Origin: an uncultured Planctomycetota bacterium
GTDB lineage: Bacteria > Planctomycetota > Planctomycetia > Isosphaerales > Isosphaeraceae
Reading direction: 5' to 3'
DNA length: 64,000 nt
NCBI GenBank assembly: GCA_963845755.1
Contig: CAWJTV010000026.1
Span: forward strand, 128,001 to 192,000
The notes beneath the pieces were generated by a model. The model searched no databases and was not told where the DNA came from. It saw nothing but the letters and a program-made list of their open reading frames with translations. This document shows, one piece after another, positions 41,161-52,182 of the stretch (positions within the stretch are counted from its first letter, which is position 1; the number at the start of each line of letters is the position of its first letter). A program made the position numbers and the translations under genes.

Positions 41161-42693
41161 GTAGCCGTTCACACCCCGAACAATTTGTACAGTTAGTTCG
41201 TATTACTGTATATGAGTCAGCAGCTTCCGATCCCTGAGCCACTCTGGAGCACCGTGCCCGAGGACGCGCAAGCCGCCCTCCTCGATGCCTGGAATGTGCT
41301 CCGGGATGAGATCGCCGAGTTGAAGACCACCGTGCGCGATCTCCGGGCCCGGCTCGGACTCAACTCGACGAATTCCTCCAAGCCCCCCTCTTCCGACCCG
41401 ATCGGCCTGAAACGAAAGCCGCCGACTCCGCCTTCGCGGCGCAAACGCGGCGGACAACCCGGCCATCGCAAGGCGTTCCGCGCCCTGGTCCCTCCCGAGG
41501 AGCTCCGATCGTCCACCGATCGTCGGCCCGGGGCCTGTCGTCGCTGCGGCCATGCGCTGCACGGCGAGGATCCCCACACCCTTGATCCATCAGGTCGCCG
41601 ACCTGCCCCGGATCGAGCCACTCGTGGACGAATACCGGCTGCATCGGCTCGCTTGTCCGGACTGTGGGACGACCACGTGTGCGACCCTCCCCGAGGGGGT
41701 CTCCACCAGCCACTTCAGCCCGTACACTCAGGCCGTGCTGGCGACCCTGGCCGGCGCCTACCGCCTCAGCAAGCGGCAGATCCAGCAACTCGCCGGCGAT
41801 CTGTTGGGGCTGTCGATCTCCACCGGGATGATCTCCAAGCTGGAGCGACAATCGGCCGCCGTGCTGGAGGCCCCCTATAACGAGCTGGCCGTCGCCGTCC
41901 ACACGGCGGAGGTGATCCATGCCGACGAGACCTCCTGGCGGGAGGAGCGGCGCAAGGCCTGGCTTTGGGCGGCGGTGACCGCGATGTTCACCGTCTTCAC
42001 CATCGCCCGCAACCGCACCGCCAAGGTGGCCCGAGCGGTCCTGGGGACGCACGACGGCTCGATCGCGGTGACCGACCGTTGCAGTTCCTACGACTGGATC
42101 GCCGCGGCCGGCCGGCAGATCTGCTGGAGCCATCTCCGCCGCGATTTCCAGGCGATGATCGACCGCGGCGGGGCGGCCGAACCGATCGGCCGACGACTGT
42201 TGAGGCTGTCGGATCGGTTGTACCGCTGGTGGCATCGCCTCGAGGCCGAGCGGGTGGATCGGGGGCGATTCCGCGCGACGATGACCCGGGTGAGGCGCGA
42301 GGTCAAAGCGGCGCTGGACGACGGTGCGCGGTGCGGATGTCCGCGGACGCGCGGGATGTGCGCCGAGATCCTGCGCGTGGAGGGGAGCTTGTGGACCTTG
42401 CGCGGGTCGAGGGGGTGCCTCCCGACAACAATGCGGCGGAGCGCCGCCGAGCGGCACGCCGTGATCTGGCGGCGGATCAGCGGGGGGACCGACAGGCGCA
42501 GGGGAGCCGGTTCGTCGAGCGGATGTTGACCGTGGTGGCCACGTGCCGGCAGCAGGGACGAGACGTGCTGGGCTACCTGACATCGTGCTTTGAAGCGGCT
42601 CGGAGCAACCAATCGATCCCCTCCCTCGTCCCGGTGACTCCACCAAAGATCGAGGCCGCCTAATTCCAGCTATCACGCCCCATGAACGGGTAC
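41161..42693 (+). mobile_element. IS66 family insertion sequence (single-ORF, ISBst12-like), 1533 bp
   Basis: Ends GTAGCCGTTCA / TGAACGGGTAC; 8-bp target duplication GATCGAAC at 41153-41160 and 42694-42701. Confidence 0.93.
41212..42663 (+). CDS. IS66 transposase with frameshifts
   Basis: NSTNSSKPPSSD, GGQPGH, HADET, QICWSHLRRDF, PPDNNAAER. Confidence 0.93.
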
Positions 42694-42886
42694 GATCGAA
42701 CAGATCAAGCGAACAAAGCAAAATGCTTCGGAGTATGCCGAAAGTATCAAGGCTATGCAGGCGAAGCGGTAGCGGGCAGAAAAGCCAAGCTAGATTCGAG
42801 CAGCATAATCCCCTTTAGTGGGATGCCACTGCACGGCAGCAGTCAAGTGGCAGGTGGGGGTAGGACGGTGGCTTCGCTGCCAAGCG

Positions 42887-43291
42887 TCATTCGGGCGGAA
42901 ACTCGCCTGCCTCGATCAGCAGCTCGCGGAGTTCGACGCGGTACTCGTCGTTGATGTGGAGCAGGGAGATAGTGACGCGGCCGATGGCGGTGCGGCCGAC
43001 CAGGTAGGGGCCTTCCCAGCGGAAGTGTTTCGTCCATTTGTGGCGGCGGGGGTTGAACAGCGGCGTGATCTTGCGTGTCTGCCGGTCGAAGCTGGTCAGG
43101 TCCGAACCCTTGAAGGAATTGCAATAATAGCAACTGAGGCATAGGTTGCTGGCAATGGTCGGCCCGTGGTGCTTGCGGGAGCGGGTATGGTCGATTTCAA
43201 AGGTGGCGTCGTCGGCCGCCTGGGGCATCTGGCAATATTCGCAACGGCCTTGTGCCCGTTGCCAGACCAGCCGCGTGAGTGCCGCGTCCAT
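42887..43291 (-). CDS. HNH endonuclease
   Basis: CEYC, IDH, NLCLSCYYCNSFKG, LFNPR. Confidence 0.92.
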   Translation of the reverse strand: MDAALTRLVWQRAQGRCEYCQMPQAADDATFEIDHTRSRKHHGPTIASNLCLSCYYCNSFKGSDLTSFDRQTRKITPLFNPRRHKWTKHFRWEGPYLVGRTAIGRVTISLLHINDEYRVELRELLIEAGEFPPE

Positions 43292-43298
43292 GAGCGGA

Positions 43299-43598
43299 TC
43301 AGGAATCCGTTCGGGTTTTGAGCTTGATGCCGAGCGTGCGGCGGGCCTTGGACTTCAGGATGGAAAGCAGGGTGGTCGCCTTGGCGAAGGCGTGCATTTC
43401 CTTCTTCTCGCCGGGCGTCAAGGCGTCGTCCTGATTCCGCACGGCCAGGTCGTGCATGCGGGCCTTGTCCCGCTCGCTGACGTGGAGGTCGAGGATGTAG
43501 CGGGCGACATCCTTGGGGAACGGGCCATCGCCGTTGCCCAGGAAGCGGACAAGGATCGTCACTTCGTTGTCGCTCGCGTGGTTGGTAGCAGTGCTCAT
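43299..43598 (-). CDS. Small hypothetical protein upstream of the HNH gene (candidate antitoxin)
   Basis: AAGGAA RBS; stop lies 7 bp before the HNH start. Confidence 0.8.
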   Translation of the reverse strand: MSTATNHASDNEVTILVRFLGNGDGPFPKDVARYILDLHVSERDKARMHDLAVRNQDDALTPGEKKEMHAFAKATTLLSILKSKARRTLGIKLKTRTDS

Positions 43599-43628
43599 GT
43601 GCATTCCTTTTTGATAGCGGTTAGCCTG

Positions 43629-43657
43629 AGATTACCACGGCGGGCGGGTTTTGCCAA
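43629..43657 (-). promoter_or_regulatory. Sigma-70-type promoter
   Basis: TTGGCA-17 bp-TAATCT with TG extended -10. Confidence 0.7.
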
Positions 43658-43678
43658 GCCGGGGCGGCAGGGCGGTTG

Positions 43679-44749
43679 CTAGGTCAGATTCCTCCGGTCG
43701 GCCAGGGACTTCTGCAAAGCATCCATGGCGATGAAAGCGGCGTGGAAGCAGAAGGGGCAGACGGAATAAGAGCCTTGCACCGGAGCAATGGCGTTGCGGA
43801 ATCCCTCCATCTCCTTCGCATAGTAAGTAATCAGGTTGAACGTTTGACCGTAGTGGCCGACGCCGCATAGGGGGCATAACGTATCCGCCAGTTGCTCCAA
43901 GGGCTTGTAACCCTCTACGATCAAGCGACGGACATCATATGCCCCTTCCAGTGCCCTGTAGGTATTGTCGTAGCGTTTCGCCGCGTCGTATCACACGGTA
44001 TACTCAAAAATATGATGTAAATGCCACGCCATGCGTAGGTCGGGCAGTTCCTTGAACAGCGACCGGCCGTTGAACACGGGGCTTTCCCGGTCGAAAGCGA
44101 TCTTGTTGGTGATCATCGACCAGAGGATTTTCCCGGCCGAGTAGAGATCGGCCCGGATGTCCGGTTCCTGGCGAGAATGACCGGAACATTCGAGGGGCCG
44201 GTAATGCGGCGTGCCAACGGCTTCCTCGGTCAAGGTGACCGCCTGGCCGTCCTCAATGTGGCACAGGCCAAAGTCGATGAGCATAATCCGCCCGGTGGGA
44301 GTGACCAGCACGTTGGCCGGGCTTAAATCCCGGTGCACGATGCGTTGCTTCTCGCACGCGGCCAGGGCCTCAACGATCTGGATGAAGCCATCGGCCGCTT
44401 TGAGCGGGTCGCGAAAAAAGGGGTTGGTGCTTCTGTCCATCCGCCTACGCAGCGATTCGGCTCCATCGACATATTCCATGACGTAATATTGAAAGTCGTC
44501 CTCCGGCTGCGAGTGCTGGACGACCTTGACGATGCCGGGATGATCGATGCGGGTGAGAGCGTCTAATTCCCCCCGGAACCGCTCGCGGGCCTTGGAGCTT
44601 CCTTTGTCGTTGAGAAACTTGAAGGCGAACTTCGGGCCATCCGGTTCGCTGGCCCGCACCGCGAGAACCACATCGCCTTGACCACCATGGCCAAGCTGGC
44701 CTTCCAGCTTCCAACCCACCTTCAACGCTTGGGTTGACTTCGAGGCCAC
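43679..44749 (-). pseudogene. Compact Ser/Thr kinase with C-terminal Zn ribbon, internal TGA at 43991-43993
   Basis: GHGGQG, HRDLSPAN, DFG; ORF 43679..43924 (CPLC...CPFC) is in frame beyond the stop. Confidence 0.8.
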
Positions 44750-44880
44750 GTCCGTCACTCCGGTAAAAGGTTGCGGCGACTGGGATAACGTCAATACCTG
44801 CTACGCACTGTTCATTGTATCCAGCCGTGCACCGGTGGGCAATGCGAATCGAGTTCTCTCCGACTGAGGCATCTCGCCAT

Positions 44881-45146
44881 GGGGTTCCGATAGCAGCGGA
44901 GCAGAAAACAACGAACTTGTCTCGAGGCCCCAGTTCCACCGGGTTTTCCTTCTCGAAACCCGTCTCCGAGGGCTTGATTTGAGAACTCGCATTCGAGAAT
45001 GGTTATCGAGAACCAAGATCCTGTGGGATCTTGCGATCGCGACGTAAGTGCTTGACAGTTCTTGAAAACCATCGTTTGCGAGAAGGTCTCTGAACAACCG
45101 TCATCTGGAAGATCGTTGTTTTTTGCTCGGTTACTATCGGAACCCC
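44881..45146. mobile_element. 266-bp MITE with GGGG-initiated terminal inverted repeats
   Basis: 34-bp arms at 44881-44914 and 45113-45146 match 30/34; no target duplication. Confidence 0.75.
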
Positions 45147-45290
45147 AAATAATCCGCCATCGTCAGCGGCGACTCGCGGATGATGGTCTCGGAGAGAGGT
45201 TCCCCCTTGATGGTGACCGGCTGGTCGTCGGGATCGTCGAAGTCGGCGGCCGTGTCCGGGAGCTGGCTCATCAGGCCGATTTCCAGCGCG
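45147..45290 (-). pseudogene. Remnant of an antitoxin C-terminus and PIN toxin start
   Basis: 45162-45280 is almost identical to 52522-52639; followed by MADY, cut by the MITE. Confidence 0.8.
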
Positions 45291-45303
45291 TGATGCCGCG
45301 GCT

Positions 45304-46429
45304 TCAGCGGTTCGGGACACGCCTCTCGGATTGCTCGCCGAGCCCCGGCGTGAGCGCGGGTGCGAGGTCCCACACCCTCACCGTCGCATCGGCGCCACCC
45401 GAGGCCACGAACCGGCCGTCGAAACTGAATGCCACCCGATTATTGTCCGAGTGGATCTGCCGCCGCGCCGTCTCGTACTCCATGGCCACGTCCCAGTGTT
45501 GGATCATTCCTCCGCGCCGGGCCACCATCAGCGTTCGACCATCAGTCGCGAACCCGGCTGCCTTGATGAAGTTGTCCTCCTGCGCCGATCGCAGCTCGCT
45601 CGCGGCCGGTCGCGACATCCCAGAGCCGGACGCCGTCCATGGCGCCCCCCGACGCCAGCGTGGATCCATCCGGCGAGAAGGCCAGGCACTGGACCGCCCA
45701 GGAATGGCCAGGCAGGCTGAGACGTGCCCGGCCCGACCCGTCGTCCAGGTCCCAGATCTGCACCCGGCCATCGGCGTATCCCGCGGCCAGGCCGCGTCCA
45801 CCGGGGACGAAGCGGAGGGCACAGACCGGCTGGCCATGACCGATCAGGGTCTCCCGGACTCCTCCGGAGACGAAATCCCAGAGGCGAACGTTCCCATCGT
45901 GACTCCCCGTCGCCAGGGTGGATCCGTCCGGTGAGAACTCCAAACATTGGACCTGGCCGCCGGAGACTCGCCGCGTGGATCGCTTCTCGCCCCTGGCCAC
46001 GTGCCAGAGGGTCAGGGTGGAGTCATCATCGCCGGCGGCCAGGGTCGCACCGTCGGGTGAGAAGGCCAGGCAGAGCACCGTCGCTGCGTGAGCGACGGCG
46101 AGTCCCCTCTCCGCGCCTCGGCCCACCTCCCAGAGGACCAAGGCGCCATCGGCTCCCCCGGTGGCCAGCCGCCTGCCATCAGGGGTGAAGGCCACGGCAC
46201 GAATTGCGTGCCTGGATCCGGTAGATGCGGCCCATGCGGGCGACCCGTCTTTGGGGGGCGCCGGCTCGGAGGTGAGGAGGGCGAGGGCGCCGACCAGGGC
46301 GGCGAAGAATCCGACCGGCGTCCTCCAGCTCAGGATCGACAGGCACACCCGATGGCCGGCCGGCCGCGCGGGCTGGTCGTCATGAGGAGAATCCGGCGAA
46401 TGAGTCGTCGCCAAAAAACGTCTGGACAT
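45304..46429 (-). CDS. WD40-repeat protein with N-terminal TM, frameshift near 45580
   Basis: Repeated AFSPDG...LA.G..DG.VRLWD. Confidence 0.9.
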
Positions 46430-46618
46430 GGAAACCCTCCCAGCTCAGCACCACGGTCAGGTCCGTGAGGTCGAGGGGCCGGTCTGAATTCGAGCGGAAG
46501 GGACATCGTCCCGGCGCGCAGACCGGGCGCACCGGGACCGTCCGGCCGATGGGCCACACGACCCTTCGACCGCCATCAAGAGCAACCTCATCGAGACAAG
46601 ACCGGTTCGACGGGCGGC

Positions 46619-49600
46619 CTATGGTCCCGCTGGCTTCGGGGCCAGCCGCAGGGCGACCGGCCAGAAGTCCTCACCGCCAAAATAGGGCGAGATTTCGGGG
46701 TCCTCAGTCCAGAAGATGCCGTAATCCGTCACACCGTGCACAGGTGTGTCGTTATCGATAACCCCGATGTTCACCAGGAATTCGCTGCCGCTCGACGCCG
46801 GGACATACTCCGAGCCGTCTCGCGTGTCGATCAGGGCCAATGGGATCTCGAACTCAATGATGTAACCGTCGGGAATGCGGGAGGTGCCCACTATCCAACC
46901 GGCGCCGGTGAGGTCACTCGGCTCGGCGTGGCGATGGCCATTCGCATCGGCTACGAGAGAGAATCCCTCGCGATTGCCCACGTGACCGGTCAAGTAGGCG
47001 GAGACGGGCGTCAGGTCATTGGCCACCTGATCCCCGTTGATGAAGAGTTGGACCCCGTCGTTCCATTCGGGAGCGTTGGCATCCATTTCGCCGATGTCGA
47101 CGAACTGGTCGCGAACCCGAAAGGCGAAAAAGAGCGACTGGTCGGTGTAAGCCGTGAAGACTCGGACGCTCAGATCGTCGGGCGTCTTGGAGTGCGACTT
47201 GCCCAGCCGGTGAGGCAATATAGGCCCATGATAAAGGCGACCGGGGTTGGCATCCCCTTCGAACGTGATCTCGATGCCGGGTCCGTACTCTTCGCCATCG
47301 ATCCGGCCGTCGGCGACGGGGCTCATGGCCTGGTACGGCACTTCGATCGTGAAGGTGGCGGGTGGGCGATCGGCCGGGCTGACCCCCGGGGCGAGGCCCG
47401 GCCACTGCCTGAGCAGGAGCTGAGCAATGCCACCCGTCTCGATGACGTCTCTCTCCGTTGGGAGCTTCTTCCGGAGCCGAAGGGCCTCGACCCGGACCTG
47501 CTCCAGCAGGGGGCGCCTCGGCGAACCGGCCGTGGTCGCGGAGCACCAGCGCCAGGTGAGTGCGGATCCAGAGGCCGGACGGGTCATCGACAGGGATCAG
47601 GCGGGGCCTCAGGGCCTCGACCCGCTGGAACTGAGACAAGGCCGCATCTCGGTGATCAGACGCGTAAAGGTAACGAGCCAGATCGTTCCGGACTTCCAAG
47701 GCTTGCCGGCTCTCGGGCAAGGCATCGACCAGGGCGATGGCCTTCTCGGGTTGCCCGAGCATGCCGAGCGTATCGGCGAGCCAACCGGTCAGGGCGATCG
47801 TGGACTCGGCCTCCGGTCCCAGGTCGCGGCGCGACCGATCCCGCATCCCCTCCAGGGTCCTCCGTGTCTCCTCCCAGTGTGCGCGGTCCTCCAGAGCCGA
47901 ACGGAAATAGGCCCCGATCGATTGCCGAGCGAACGGATGCGCCAGGCCGAGGACGCGCACGCGGCCCTCCATGATACGCCGATTCATGTCACTCGCCCGG
48001 TCGAGCTTCCCCAAGGTGAAGTATATTGCGGCGAGGGTGTTCATCGCGCTGAACGTGTCGGGGTGATTCGGCCGATTCCGGAGTTCGATGGCGATGACCG
48101 GCTCGAGGAGCGCCGCCGCCTTCTCGAGGTTACCGACACCACTCCAGATCCGGGCGAGGTGGTTGATTACCTCAAGGGTCCTGGGATGCTCCGGGCCCGA
48201 CACCCGCTTCCTGACCGCCAACAGGTCCTCGAGGCGGGCCCGGGCCTTGTCTTGGTCCAGGCCGGCGAGGGCCGCTGCCAGGACGCGCATCGTCTGGAGG
48301 GTCTCCTCATGCTCCGCTCCCAGCGCCTTGCGGGCGGTCGCCAAGACGGGGTCCAGAAGTGTACGGGCTTTCTCGGATTGACCCTGTCGGTAGAGGGCCC
48401 AGCCCAGGGCATTCTGGGCGGCGATCGTCTCGGCGTGCTCCGGGCCGAAGCCAACCAGTCGCAGCTCGACGGCCCGCCGCGCGAGTTGTTCCGCCTTCCG
48501 ATACTGGCCCAGTTCCTCGTAGGCTTGCCCCAAGGCATGGCGGATCGCCGCCTCGATCAGACGCCGTTCGGCGAATATCTTGGTGACCTTCTCCTCGGCT
48601 CGGGCCAGGAGCTGGTCCACCGTCGGCACCGTCCCCTGGGCCCGCGACGGGCTGGCGGCGCCGATCACGTCGTTGATCAGGAAGTCGACGACCTCGCCGG
48701 CCTCGGTGGCGCGGCGGTCCGCCTCCTGGCGGGCGAGATCGGCCCGGTTCCGCTCCCGGGTCATCTCGACCCGTGCGGTCCGTTCGGCCTCCAGCCGGCT
48801 CTCAGCCAGCTCCTCGGCGCTCATCGCCCGGATGGCCTCCCAGGTGCTCACCGCCGTGCCGACGACCAGCGCCGACGCCACCACGGCCGCCGTCGCCAGC
48901 ACCGCCCGGTTCCGCCGCGCGGCCTTCCGCAGGCGGTACGAGGCCGACGGCGGCCCGGCCTCCACCGGCTCATGATCCAGGTAGCGGCGCAGGTCGGCCG
49001 CCAGGGCGTTGGCCGTCTCGTACCGCCGGTTGCGGTCCTTCTCCAGGCACTTCATCACGATCCAGTCCAGCTCGCCGCGCACGGCCCGGTCCAGGTGACG
49101 AGAGTCGGCCTTGCGATTGACCGAGACGGTCGTCCACGTCGTGGCGAGTGAGCTCAGCCGCGTACTCGGCTTCGGCGGCTCTTCCTCGCGGATGATCCGC
49201 CGCATCTCGTCGAAGGCCGCCGTGCGAAACGTCTCCTGGTCGAACGGGGTCGTGCCGGTCAATAGCTCATAGAGCAGGACGCCCAGGCTGTAGATATCGC
49301 TGCGGGTGTCCATGTCCATGCCCGAGAGGTCCGCCTGCTCCGGGCTCATATACAGGGGCGTGCCGATGAACTGCCGGAACGTGGTGTAGATCGTCCGCTC
49401 GGTGAGCGCCGCGCCGGTGGCCTTGACCACGCCGAAGTCGATGACCTTGGGTACGGCGGCGCCGTCGATGACCGTCACCAGGATGTTGGAGGGCTTGAGG
49501 TCGCGGTGGATGATCCCCTTCTGGTGCGGCGTGCTGCACGGCACGGCAGACCAGGACGAACAGCTCGAGCCGCTCGGGGATGGGGAGTTGCTCGCGGTCG

Positions 49601-50103
49601 CAGTACTCGGTGATCGGGATGCCGCGGACCAGCTCCATGACGATATAGGGGTGGCCGGATTCGGTGGCCCCGGCGTCGTAGACGCGGGCGATGTTGGGAT
49701 GGTCCATCATGGCCAATGCCTGGCGCTCGGCCTCGAACCGGGCGATGACCTGCTTCGTGTCCATGCCCGGTTTGATGATCTTCAGGGCCACTTTGCGGCG
49801 GACGGGGTGCATCTGCTCGGCCAGGTAGACGACTCCCATGCCCCCCTCGCCAATCTGCTCCATCAGCTTGTAGGGGCCGACGGTTGAACCCACCGGCTTG
49901 GCCGGACCGTGCTCAAGGCTGATGGTCGGGGATGCCAGGAATTGGCCCACGCGATCGTGCGCGGCAATCAGCGACTCGACCTGATGCCTCAATTCGGTGT
50001 CGGCCGCGCACGCACGGTCCAGATAGGAAGCCCGTTCGTCAGCCGAGGGGATCTCCATGGCCTCGCTGAAGATGGCTTCGATGCTGGCGATGTACACAGC
50101 CAT
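46619..50103 (-). CDS. Ser/Thr kinase with TM, TPR repeats and C-terminal CBM9/DOMON-like domain; frameshifts near 49530 and 47510
   Basis: GEGGMGVVY, HRDLKPSN, DFG; G.EHP.TL TPR repeats; DGRIDGEEY...LFFAFRVRD...GYIIEFEIP. Confidence 0.9.
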
Positions 50104-50196
50104 GGCGAATCTACCCCATCGTTACGAGGATTCCTTGGCGCTCTACAAGCCAGTGCGAAAAAACGCCTCGGATTGGCTCATCGGCTCTGAAAGAAG

Positions 50197-50775
50197 TCAG
50201 ACGCTCGCGGTTGGCTCGTCACGTTCGACTTCGCGAAGCAACCAGGCCCGTGCGAAGGTCCACCAGCGCTTCGCGGTTGCCGGAGAGATCGCCAGGACCT
50301 GGGCCGACGCATCGATGGACAGCCCGGCGAAGAAGCGGAGTTTGACCAACTCTGCCTTCTGGGGGTCCTCTGCGGCGAGCCGGGTCAGGGCCTCATCCAG
50401 GGCGAGCCACTGCTCGGGAGGGGCCTCGTCGACGAGATCCAGACCTTCGAGGCTCACCCGCACCCGTTCGCCGGAGTGCTTGACCGCCCGCTTCCGCCGG
50501 GCGTTCTCGATCAAGATTCGGCGCATGGCCTCGGCGGCCGCTCCGAAGAAATGGCCGCGGCTGTTCCAGCCGAATGCGGCGTCACCTCCGCCCACCAACC
50601 GCAGGTAGGCCTCGTGCACCAGAGCCGTTGCCTGGAGCGTTTGCCCGGGCTTCTCCTGGGCGAGCCTCTGGGCGGCCAGCCGGCGCAGCTCCTCGTAGAC
50701 CAGAGGAAGGAGCTTCTCCGCCGCCTGAGGGTCTCCCTGCTCGATTGCCGACAGGATGCAGGTTACGTTCGTCAT
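50197..50775 (-). CDS. ECF sigma factor, TIGR02999 type
   Basis: LLPLVYEELRRLA, TLQATALVHEAYLRL, HFFGAAAEAMRRIL, W.FARAWL. Confidence 0.95.
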   Translation of the reverse strand: MTNVTCILSAIEQGDPQAAEKLLPLVYEELRRLAAQRLAQEKPGQTLQATALVHEAYLRLVGGGDAAFGWNSRGHFFGAAAEAMRRILIENARRKRAVKHSGERVRVSLEGLDLVDEAPPEQWLALDEALTRLAAEDPQKAELVKLRFFAGLSIDASAQVLAISPATAKRWWTFARAWLLREVERDEPTASV

Positions 50776-51178
50776 CGATGTGGACACCTGTGTCCGTCCG
50801 GCTCTTGTCCCAGCCCGGCCCCGTTGCGATGTGGCGTCCCATTCCGGGCTGATCTCGGCGCGAGCGGCTTGTAACCAGTCTACCCCCCGCCTCTCAACCG
50901 GGATAGTCTCCGAGCATGCTCAATCCGCATGGGACACGACTCGGACCGATCTTATCCGGATCAGAAATGAAGGCCGTGCTCCCGCCAGCGATTGCTCCCA
51001 ATACTCGTGCGGACCCCCGCCCTCGGAGGGCGGCGGATTTCATGGCCGATCCGTATTAGCCTAGAAGCCTGCGATCCTTCGTTGCTGCCCTCTCGTCAAG
51101 CCCGCGTGGTCCGGACGTCCCGTAGACGACTGCCGGGGTCCGGTAGCCCAGAGATTGGTGTGGCCGCGCGTGGTTGTA

Positions 51179-51300
51179 AGAGTCTGTTCCCGAAGGGCAG
51201 GTCCGGGCGAGCGGGGGGCGTCAGCCCCCTGTCCGGTGAGCGACGGACCTCCAAGACAGCGGGCTGGCGCCCCCCTGCTCGCCCTTCCGGAACCGACTCT
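51179..51300. repeat. MITE/REPIN-like element, copy 1
   Basis: AGAGTCTGTTCCCGAAG...CTTCCGGAACCGACTCT around a GGGCGAGCGGGGGGCGTCAGCCCCCTG inverted pair. Confidence 0.8.
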
Positions 51301-51393
51301 AAGAGGGGAAGCGAATCGGGTGGGCCTCACCTCGATGAATCGAGGCTCGACCTACCCTACAGCCTAGACATGAATATTAGTATCAACCGCCCA

Positions 51394-51873
51394 TTAAGGT
51401 TCGGACTTGGCGGGCTCGAGGACGACGAGTATGTGGCCCGAGCCTTCCTTCGACGACGCCTCAGTAGGCCGATCGTCGCCCGGGCGGGCCAGGCAAATCG
51501 TGAGCCTCTTTTCCTCGAGTATGAGAATGCCTTTAAACACCTTGTCCTTGTCTCTTCCTTGCTTGGGCGTGAAGTCGATGTGAATTGGCTTCTTGCTCGT
51601 ATCGACCTTGTACGTGCCCTCCTGCTCCTCGCCGTTATGCTCCTCGAGAAGGAACTCGCCTTTGGCCAATCGGACTTTGTCCCCCTTCATGTCTTGTTCA
51701 TCACCGTTGACCGTTCCCGAGACAACCATCCATTGACCTTCGAACTTGGCCGTCTTCTCCGTTTTCACCTGCGTCACGGGAATCGGATCGGAGTTGCCGC
51801 CTTGGGAGCTCGGTGCATTCGCGACCGCAAGTATCCCTGCCACCAGACCACCCGCCATCCGGAACCGCTGCAT
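51394..51873 (-). CDS. TIGR03067 domain protein
   Basis: Signal peptide; FEGQW, GTYKVDTSKKPIHID, GIL.LE..RLTIC...RP; GGAGG RBS. Confidence 0.85.
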   Translation of the reverse strand: MQRFRMAGGLVAGILAVANAPSSQGGNSDPIPVTQVKTEKTAKFEGQWMVVSGTVNGDEQDMKGDKVRLAKGEFLLEEHNGEEQEGTYKVDTSKKPIHIDFTPKQGRDKDKVFKGILILEEKRLTICLARPGDDRPTEASSKEGSGHILVVLEPAKSEP

Positions 51874-52061
51874 GGTAAAACCTCCGAAAACGACAAGGCT
51901 GTGCCACTGTCTCGTGTCCTGGTTAACATGGCAACCCAATGCCATGCCCAAGCAGATGGATCATTCGTAAAGCGTCGCCGTTCTCCCACCATCTGTGAGC
52001 GACTTCGAGGGCCAGGGTGAGTTCCCTGTCCCTTCTCGCCAGCCATTCCTCAATGGTCTAA

Positions 52062-52182
52062 GAGTCTGTCCCAGAAGGGCGAGCGGGGGGCGTCAGCCCC
52101 CTGTCCGGTGAGCGGACGGCCCTCGAAGACAGGGGGCTGACGCCCCCCGCTCGCCCGGACCGGCCCCTTCTGGGACAGACTC
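52062..52182. repeat. MITE/REPIN-like element, copy 2
   Basis: GAGTCTGTCCCAGAAG...CTTCTGGGACAGACTC around the same inner inverted pair. Confidence 0.85.

Larger units (their letters stand above)
40413..42772 (+). pseudogene. DUF4145/HEPN-like protein with N-terminal Cys motifs, interrupted by IS66
   Basis: CSIC motif and GFGIGAFAYYRRIVE; removing the IS restores a 272-aa ORF ending QIKRTKQNASEYAESIKAMQAKR; AT-rich. Confidence 0.75.

Noticed and set aside
43991..43993. Selenocysteine or programmed readthrough in the kinase
   Set aside because: Not a catalytic Cys position and no SECIS-like hairpin recognised; a nonsense mutation is simpler.
50935..50962. Additional dif-like site
   Set aside because: Only the TTATCCGGATC arm fits; there is no partner arm, and similar half-sites occur outside the island (e.g. 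near 8320).
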